Assembly: GCA_037441385.1 (NCBI GenBank)
Contig: JBBISH010000149.1
Span: forward strand, 1-13,874
Length of the DNA: 13,874 bases
Reading direction: 5' to 3'
Origin: Myxococcales bacterium
Lineage (GTDB): Bacteria; Myxococcota_A; UBA9042
The position numbers and the translations under genes are program-made. The notes beneath the pieces were generated by a model. It made no database searches. It had not been told where the DNA came from and saw only the letters and a list, made by a program, of their open reading frames with translations. Shown piece by piece: positions 8,078 through 13,874 of the stretch (position 1 is the first letter of the stretch; the number at the start of each line of letters is the position of its first letter).

Positions 8078-9014
8078 GTTCATTCGCAACTGCGCGGCGT
8101 TGGCCCTGGCCTTGGCCTTGGCGGGCGCGTGCCGCCGCGAACCGACGCCGCCGGCCGTAAGCACTCTCGCGCCTTGGCCGGTCGAGGTGCTGGCCACGTG
8201 CAATGGCGAGGCGATTCGCCGCGACGACGTACAGGTGCTGCTGCAACCTGATGAAACGGCACAGGTCGCCCGGCAAAGTGCCGGACTGGAACTGGCCCTG
8301 GACGGCGCGGTGGTGTGGCAGGCACTGAGCGCGGCCGACCGACGGCAAGTGACGGCCGCGGTGCAACAAGAGCAGGCGCGGCAAGAGCAATTGCACGGCA
8401 CGCCCCAGAACTGGCTGGCCAACTTGCGGCAGCACGGCCAGAGCTTGGCGGCCTGGCAACTGGCCGTGCGCACCGACCGCGGGCTGGATGTGCTGAACCA
8501 CGCCGCCCTTGAGCTGCCTATCGACGCCAGCGTGGTCAACCAACGCTGGAGCAAGACCCGCGGCCGGTTTGTCCAAAGCGAGCAGGTGCTGCTGTCCGAG
8601 CTGGTCGTGCCGCAGTCCAGCGCCGACGGCGAACAAAGGCTTGCAGAGGCCCGCCAGCGGTTGAGCAACGGAGAGGCTTTCTCCAGCGTGGCTGCGGCCT
8701 TGTCGCAGGTGCCCAGCGCGCCAGCTGGCGGCGACCGTGGCTGGACGGGGGTGGATCGGCTCGATCCGCGACTGGCAAGGGCTCTGGCCGGCCTGCGGCC
8801 TGGGCAACTCAGCACGGCGGTGCGCACGGATTTTGGCTGGCATCTTCTCCTGTTGCGCGATCGCCGTCCCGCCCAGGCGCTGGACTGGGCCCAGGCACGC
8901 CCGCTGGTCGAGGCCCTGCTGCGCAACGAGCGCGCGTTCGTCTTGCGCCGGCACAAGCTGGCCGAACTACGTAACGCCGCGCGCATTGTGCTGGCGCCAC
9001 CGCAAGTCCGCTGA
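8058..9014 (+). CDS. Parvulin-type peptidylprolyl isomerase / foldase lipoprotein (PrsA/SurA-like)
   Basis: Lipobox LAGA-C. VLATCNGEAI N-terminal motif. Rotamase motifs GEAFSSVA..LS, GGDRGW, L.PGQLS..VRTDFGWHLL. Start uncertain: TTG 8058 overlaps the upstream gene by 20 bp. Confidence 0.8.
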   Translation: MSNCRTEFIRNCAALALALALAGACRREPTPPAVSTLAPWPVEVLATCNGEAIRRDDVQVLLQPDETAQVARQSAGLELALDGAVVWQALSAADRRQVTAAVQQEQARQEQLHGTPQNWLANLRQHGQSLAAWQLAVRTDRGLDVLNHAALELPIDASVVNQRWSKTRGRFVQSEQVLLSELVVPQSSADGEQRLAEARQRLSNGEAFSSVAAALSQVPSAPAGGDRGWTGVDRLDPRLARALAGLRPGQLSTAVRTDFGWHLLLLRDRRPAQALDWAQARPLVEALLRNERAFVLRRHKLAELRNAARIVLAPPQVR

Positions 9015-9112
9015 CCTCCGCCAACGCCAAGTCGCGCTTGCGGAGCGCACCAGAACCCGGCAGCATCGGGACTGGCCGCCGCGGTTGCCGCGGTTGGGGC
9101 TGGAGGACGACG

Positions 9113-10708
9113 GTGACTGCAGGCGTGGCGCGCACACATATCGCCCTGCTGCTCGGTCTTCTCGCGGCCCTGGGCTGCCAGCGAACCGGTCCAGACCAAG
9201 CCCACTTTGCCCTGCCCGAGGTGGTCGCCGTGTCTGCGAATTCGGATGCCAGCGCGGCCAAAAGCGAGCTGGGCCAGGCGGACCGCAACGGCGATGCCGA
9301 GCCAGCCAACGATCGAGAGCCGCTGGCCACGTTGGACGCGGACAAAGACACAGATCCCGCACTGGCAGCCGATCCGGGGCCGGATGCAGGCTCTGTCCAA
9401 GGTCCCGATGTCGCCGCAGTGGACGCCATCGCCGACACGGCTCCAGATGCAGTCTTGGACACGGCGCCTGACGTAGGCCCTCCGCTTCCTCCACCCAAAT
9501 GGGCGGGCAACCCCGCGCTCATGGTGTTGAATTTGCACCAGACCTGGCAGCACGACCCGTCGTCGACCATCACGGCAAGCTGGACGACCGAAGCCGGCGA
9601 CGTGGGCAACTACGTTCCGCGTCTGTTGGTGGCCCCCGCGGGACAGGTCGACGCCAACGGCGCAGATTTCTTGAGCAAGGGCAAGGTCTTCCAGGGTCTG
9701 GGCACAGGCTACAGCACGCCGATTGGCTCGTCGCCGGGACCCAAGGTGGCCTGGCACGTGGAAGCGACCGGTCTGCTGGCCGACACCGACTACGTCGCCC
9801 GCGTGGGCACGTGGCAAAGCCTGGACGCCAAAGCCGGCTTGATCGCGGGCGCCGACCTGAGTCCACCCTTGCACTTCCGGACTACGCCGCCGCCGGGCGC
9901 GACCACCGCGATGCAATTCGTGCTCGCCGGCGACAGCCGCAACGGACTGCCCAAGGTCGCCGCCAACATGCCGTATTTCACCAAGATCCCCGCCTTGGCC
10001 TGGTTCTTCAACGGCGACATGAACCCCGCCGGCACTCAAGACGAGTGGAACGACTGGTTCGCCACCATGCAGCCGATCCTGTCGGAGCGGCCACTGATGG
10101 CGGTACAGGGCAACCACGAGATATTTTCAGACTATTATTACGCCCAGTTTGCCCTGCCGGTGATGCCCGGTCTGCCTGCGGCCTACCACGAGCACGCCTG
10201 GTCACTGACCCTTGGCAACGCTCACTTCGTAGGGCTCGACGCCAACAGCGATCAGGCGGTCGCAGACCAAGTCCCCTGGCTGGAAGCGGACTTGCAGGCC
10301 GCCACGGCGGACCCGAACATCGAGTGGATCGTCGCAACGATGCACCACTCGGCCTACAGCGCCTGCAGTGTCCACGGCTCCACCGCGCGGCTGCAACAGT
10401 ATTGGGTGCCCGTGTTCGAGAAGTATGGAGTCGACCTGGTGTTTTCGGGCCACGACCACGACTACGAGCGCACCGTGCCGATCCTGGGCAACAAGCCGGT
10501 CGCGCCGGCCCAGGGCGTGCAATACGTGGTGGTGGGGGCGTTTTTTGCGCCGGCCTACACGGCGGGCAAAGACTGGTGGACCGCCGTATCCGTATCCGGC
10601 ACAGAGGGCAACCTGGCCACGCTGACCATCGCGGGCAAGCTCTTGACAGTCAAGGCTTATTCGGGCGACGGCAGCAAGCTGATCGACGAGTTTTCCCTTC
10701 AGCACTGA
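9113..10708 (+). CDS. Purple-acid-phosphatase-like metallophosphoesterase lipoprotein (FN3-like N domain + calcineurin-like domain)
   Basis: GGAGG (9102-9106) precedes GTG 9113. Lipobox ALG-C, acidic linker, 'LHQTW..DPSSTITASWTT', 'HVEATGL..DTDY..RVG'. Metal motifs GDSR, GDM, GNHE, MHH, SGHDHDYER. Confidence 0.88.
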   Translation: MTAGVARTHIALLLGLLAALGCQRTGPDQAHFALPEVVAVSANSDASAAKSELGQADRNGDAEPANDREPLATLDADKDTDPALAADPGPDAGSVQGPDVAAVDAIADTAPDAVLDTAPDVGPPLPPPKWAGNPALMVLNLHQTWQHDPSSTITASWTTEAGDVGNYVPRLLVAPAGQVDANGADFLSKGKVFQGLGTGYSTPIGSSPGPKVAWHVEATGLLADTDYVARVGTWQSLDAKAGLIAGADLSPPLHFRTTPPPGATTAMQFVLAGDSRNGLPKVAANMPYFTKIPALAWFFNGDMNPAGTQDEWNDWFATMQPILSERPLMAVQGNHEIFSDYYYAQFALPVMPGLPAAYHEHAWSLTLGNAHFVGLDANSDQAVADQVPWLEADLQAATADPNIEWIVATMHHSAYSACSVHGSTARLQQYWVPVFEKYGVDLVFSGHDHDYERTVPILGNKPVAPAQGVQYVVVGAFFAPAYTAGKDWWTAVSVSGTEGNLATLTIAGKLLTVKAYSGDGSKLIDEFSLQH

Positions 10709-10750
10709 ACGGCACTGAACGGCACTGAAGGGCACTGAAGAGCACTGAAC
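10701..10750. repeat. Tandem repeat, 5 x 10 bp (RGCACTGAAS)
   Basis: AGCACTGAAC GGCACTGAAC GGCACTGAAG GGCACTGAAG AGCACTGAAC. The first copy contains the phosphoesterase stop codon. Confidence 0.97.
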
Positions 10751-10756
10751 GCGCAA

Positions 10757-11785
10757 CTACTGGATTGGAAAGCCCAAGTCATTCAACGTGGCACGCAGCT
10801 GCTGCACGTCCAGACGCTCGGGCGCGTTGGCGCTGGTAAATGTGAACCCGGCGGGCACGCGCTGACCGGTGTGCGGATTCGCCCCCCACCAAGGGAAGGT
10901 GGGCTCGATCACAAAATAGCGACCACAATCCATGACTTGCGGCGACTCGTCGGCGTGAATCAGCGCCTCGTGCAGTTTCTCGCCCGGGCGCGTCCCCAGC
11001 ACTTTGTGGTTGGCTTTTTCCGCCATCGCCGTGGCCAGGGTCGCCAGATCGGCCGCCGGGATCTTGGGGATGAACACCTCGCCGCCCACGCCCGCCTGCA
11101 GCGCCAACAGAACCAGATCCACGGCCTCGGTCAGCGTGATCCAAAAGCGGGTCATCTCGGGGTCGGTCAGGGTCAGTTCGCCCTTCTTGGCCTGCTCGAC
11201 CCATAGCGGCACCACCGAGCCCTTGCTGCCCACCACGTTGCCGTAGCGCACGACCGAGAAAGTGGTCGGGTGCTTGCCGCGGTAACTATTGGCTGCGATG
11301 AGCAATTTCTCCATGCACAGCTTGGTCGCGCCGTACAAGTTCACGGGCGCCACCGCCTTGTCGGTCGACAGGGCCACCACTTGCTGCACGTTGCGCTCCA
11401 GGGCCGCGTCGATCAGGTTGACCGCCCCGTCGATGTTGGTGCGAATGGCCTCCAACGGATTGTACTCCGCTAGCGGCACGTGCTTCATCGCCGCCGCGTG
11501 CAGCACGATATCCACCGACTCGAAGGCGCGCATCAGGCGGTCGCGGTCGCGGATATCGCCCACAAAGAAGCGCAGCCGGCTGTCTCTAAGCTCTTGCTGC
11601 ATCTGGTAGTGCTTCTGCTCGTCGCGCGAAAAGACGATGACTTTCTTGGGATTAAAGTCGCTGAGCAGGCGATTGACCATGGCGCGGCCAAAGGTGCCGG
11701 TGCCGCCGGTGATGAGGATCACCTTGCCGTCCAGGTTCGGGGCCGGGTTGCCAAAGGCCAGGGGGCGCGAAGTTGCAGCGGTCAT
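10757..11785 (-). CDS. pseB: UDP-N-acetylglucosamine 4,6-dehydratase (inverting), PseB/FlaA1
   Basis: ITGGTGTFG; FSRDE.K; HAAAMKHVP.AEYNP.EAIRTN; LSTDKA..PVNLYGATK; VRYGNVVGS.GSVVP; MTRFWITL; GGEVFIPKIP; RPGEKLHE. Confidence 0.9.
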   Translation of the reverse strand: MTAATSRPLAFGNPAPNLDGKVILITGGTGTFGRAMVNRLLSDFNPKKVIVFSRDEQKHYQMQQELRDSRLRFFVGDIRDRDRLMRAFESVDIVLHAAAMKHVPLAEYNPLEAIRTNIDGAVNLIDAALERNVQQVVALSTDKAVAPVNLYGATKLCMEKLLIAANSYRGKHPTTFSVVRYGNVVGSKGSVVPLWVEQAKKGELTLTDPEMTRFWITLTEAVDLVLLALQAGVGGEVFIPKIPAADLATLATAMAEKANHKVLGTRPGEKLHEALIHADESPQVMDCGRYFVIEPTFPWWGANPHTGQRVPAGFTFTSANAPERLDVQQLRATLNDLGFPIQ

Positions 11786-11900
11786 GTCGGTTCCTAAGCA
11801 AGCGGGCTAGTTGACGAAAATGCAGCGTTTTTGGGGGGCCGTGGTCGCCCACGGGCGCGGTAGTATGCGCCAAATTTTGGCGGATTGCGAACCGGTGCGA

Positions 11901-12833
11901 TCAGCGCGGCGGCAGGGCCATCTCGGCCAAAAACCTAAGGAATTCTTGCGGAATCTCGGACGTGGTCCGCACCGGCTTTTGCGTCACCGGGTGGACGAAT
12001 CCCAGGGTCAGCGCGTGCAGAGCCAGTCGGTTGGCGGGCCAGCGCGGATGGCGGGCCAGCTCGCTGCGGTAGCGCACGTCGCCCAGGATCGGGTGTCCAA
12101 CCTCAGAGAAGTGCACGCGAATCTGATTGCGGCGCCCGGTCTCCAACCGCACCCGCACACAGGTCGCCCCGCGCAAGCGCTGCCGCACCTCGTAGTGGGT
12201 GATCGCCAGCTTGCCCTCGCCAGGCGTATCGGTCGAGTACTGGTCTAGGTCGTCACCCGTGGTCAGGTAGCTGCGGAACGTGCCGCGGTCGTCGGGCAAA
12301 GTGCCAGCCAAAATCGCTACGTACTCGCGCTCGGGTTTGTGGTCGGCGAACTGGTCCTTCAGCGCGGCGGCGATCTCGGCGGTGCGCGCAAACACCAACA
12401 GGCCCGACGTGTCGCGATCCAGCCGGTGGACGATGTGCGCGCGCTGAGTGATCCGGTCGCTGCCGCTCCAGTAGCGCGCCACTTGATGCACCAGCGTGTT
12501 CTGCTCGCCGCGGTCGGTGGGAACCGTGAGCAGGCCCGCAACTTTCTCGACCACAATCAAGTACTTATCCTCAAACGCCACGCGAAAGCCGGCGTGCGGC
12601 CGCGGTCGGTGCTTTTCTTTGTAGCGCGTCTGTGGGTCGTAGCGCAGGCGGATGGTCGTGCCGGCCGCCACCGCCAGACCCGGCTCGTCGCACACGGCGC
12701 CCGCCACCTGCACACAGCCGTGGTCGAACAGGCCGCGCACGACCGCCCGCGACAGCCCGGTGCGCTCGGCCACCAGCACGTCCAAGCGCGGCAGGTCGCG
12801 CTCTACCTTGAATTCGCTGGTGACCATCGGCAT
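11901..12833 (-). CDS. RluA-family pseudouridine synthase with N-terminal S4 domain (RluD/RluC-like)
   Basis: S4 'RLDVLVAE...LSR'; FED..LIVVEK.AGL; catalytic HRLDRDTSG; AITHY; LETGRRNQIRVH...GHPILGD..Y; LALHA..LGF.HP.T. Confidence 0.93.
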   Translation of the reverse strand: MPMVTSEFKVERDLPRLDVLVAERTGLSRAVVRGLFDHGCVQVAGAVCDEPGLAVAAGTTIRLRYDPQTRYKEKHRPRPHAGFRVAFEDKYLIVVEKVAGLLTVPTDRGEQNTLVHQVARYWSGSDRITQRAHIVHRLDRDTSGLLVFARTAEIAAALKDQFADHKPEREYVAILAGTLPDDRGTFRSYLTTGDDLDQYSTDTPGEGKLAITHYEVRQRLRGATCVRVRLETGRRNQIRVHFSEVGHPILGDVRYRSELARHPRWPANRLALHALTLGFVHPVTQKPVRTTSEIPQEFLRFLAEMALPPR

Positions 12834-12872
12834 TGCTTCGGTCCTGGCGCAGGGGCGGCGCGGTCGCGCGGG

Positions 12873-13661
12873 CTAGCGACTGGCGCGCATCTGCTTGAAC
12901 TGCATCTGCAATTGCGCAAGTTCACCGATGGCGCGGAACATATGGTGCGGCCGCAGCTTGGACCCGGCCACGTCGCGCCAGGTGCGCAACGGAACCTCGG
13001 CAAACTGGTCGGCTTTCAAGGCCTGGCCGTCCGGCGCGCCATAGATGAGGCGGCCAATTAGCTCTACGTCAAAGATCCAGCGCGAGGTGAACGGCTTGGC
13101 CAGCGCCGCGCGCAGCGCCGGAGTGGCGCGGAAAAGCTTGGCGCCACACTGGGTATCGTAGATGTCCAGGTCCAGCGTCAGCGACGCCGCGGTGGCAAAC
13201 AGCCGCCCCAAATAGTGCCGGTGCGGCTTGCGCTGTACGTCGTTGCCCAGCAGGCGAATGCGCGAGGCCAACACCACCGTGATCGCCGGCCGCTCGCGCA
13301 TGTACGCCACAAGCCTCAGCATTTCGTCCACAGGGGTCGACAGGTCGGCGTCCAAGAACCCGACGCACTGCGCGCCCTGCTCCAGCGCCTGCACCAGACC
13401 GCGACGCACCGCTTCGGCCTTGCCGCCGTTCCTTTCCAGCTTCAAGAACGCGATCTTGCCGCCGCTTTGCGCCACCAACGACTCGGCCAGCGCCGCGGTA
13501 CCATCGCTGGAGCCATCGTCGACCAGCAGCACGCTCACGCCGTCTTGCTGGGCGAGACGCGCAACCTCAGAAGGGTCCAGGCGCTTTTCTTCGTTGTAGC
13601 AGGGGATCACCAGCGTGAACGTTTCGCCGTGCAACTCGGCTTGGCGGTTCGATTTGGCCAT
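12873..13661 (-). CDS. Glycosyltransferase family 2, dolichyl/polyprenyl-phosphate glucosyltransferase-like
   Basis: LVIPCYNEEKRL; VDDGSSDGT; NGGKAEAVRRG; GFLDADLSTP; ASR; DTQCGAKLF; WIFDVELI; W.DVAGSKL. AAGGAG RBS at 13666-13671. Confidence 0.92.
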   Translation of the reverse strand: MAKSNRQAELHGETFTLVIPCYNEEKRLDPSEVARLAQQDGVSVLLVDDGSSDGTAALAESLVAQSGGKIAFLKLERNGGKAEAVRRGLVQALEQGAQCVGFLDADLSTPVDEMLRLVAYMRERPAITVVLASRIRLLGNDVQRKPHRHYLGRLFATAASLTLDLDIYDTQCGAKLFRATPALRAALAKPFTSRWIFDVELIGRLIYGAPDGQALKADQFAEVPLRTWRDVAGSKLRPHHMFRAIGELAQLQMQFKQMRASR

Positions 13662-13706
13662 GGTGCTCCTTGCCCGCGCTGCGCAGGGGGCAGCTGTGGG
13701 CGCAAA

Positions 13707-13735
13707 AGCCTATCCTTGCCGTGGGGGTGCGTCAA
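13707..13735 (-). promoter_or_regulatory. Candidate sigma70 promoter for the GT2/rlu genes: TTGACG-N17-TAGGCT
   Basis: Minus strand -35 TTGACG (13735-13730), 17-nt spacer, -10 TAGGCT (13712-13707), 45 nt upstream of the GT2 ATG. Confidence 0.6.
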
Positions 13736-13799
13736 CGTAGCGCGGATCCCCCGATCCGCCGCTTTGGGCGCAACTCGGCGTTGCTGCGTCGTCCCAGCT

Positions 13800-13826
13800 A
13801 CGGGTTGCCCCACTGGGGCGACCCGT
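13800..13826. repeat. GC-rich hairpin (12-bp stem with one G:T pair, 3-nt loop)
   Basis: ACGGGTTGCCCC-ACT-GGGGCGACCCGT. No clear U-tract on either side. Confidence 0.65.
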
Positions 13827-13874
13827 TCACCCTTCGGGCGACCGCTGGGGCCCTTCTCCCTGCGGCGACCGCTA

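Noticed and set aside
9078..9095. GCCGCGGTT x2 in the parvulin-phosphoesterase gap
   Set aside because: Short GC-rich duplication within chance expectation.
433..10117. Long antisense ORFs (433-1680, 1804-3582, 5477-7159, 7850-10117) and other alternative-frame ORFs
   Set aside because: Shadow ORFs typical of high-GC coding DNA. Each overlaps a gene with clear motifs and has none of its own.
10701..10750. CRISPR array
   Set aside because: Units are 10 bp, contiguous and have no spacers; no cas genes in the window.
13800..13826. Rho-independent terminator call
   Set aside because: Strong stem but no U-tract on either strand; listed only as a hairpin.

Overview
GC-rich bacterial window. Several lipoproteins with Asp/Ala/Thr-rich linkers, a Cys-rich lipoprotein and a MYXO-CTERM-like tail suggest Myxococcota or a related deltaproteobacterium (inference). 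From left to right: (1) the 3' end of an IS5-family transposase with its right end; (2) a palindrome-dense non-coding region of about 370 bp; (3) a WYL-domain transcriptional regulator; (4) seven consecutive genes for exported or surface-anchored proteins: a Cys-rich lipoprotein, a phosphodiester glycosidase with TSP3 repeats, an LpqC/PHB-depolymerase-type esterase, a putative beta-propeller lipoprotein, a putative GH18-like TIM-barrel lipoprotein, a parvulin foldase and a PAP-like metallophosphoesterase; (5) a 5x10-bp tandem repeat; (6) three minus-strand genes: pseB, an RluA/RluD-family pseudouridine synthase and a Dol-P-glucose-synthase-like GT2. No CRISPR array, tRNA or rRNA was seen. The best leads are the structured region upstream of the WYL gene, an identical 13-mer in both divergent promoter regions of the surface-protein cluster, and the cluster itself. 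I cannot demonstrate a novel system from sequence alone; all family assignments come from motif recognition, not database searches.
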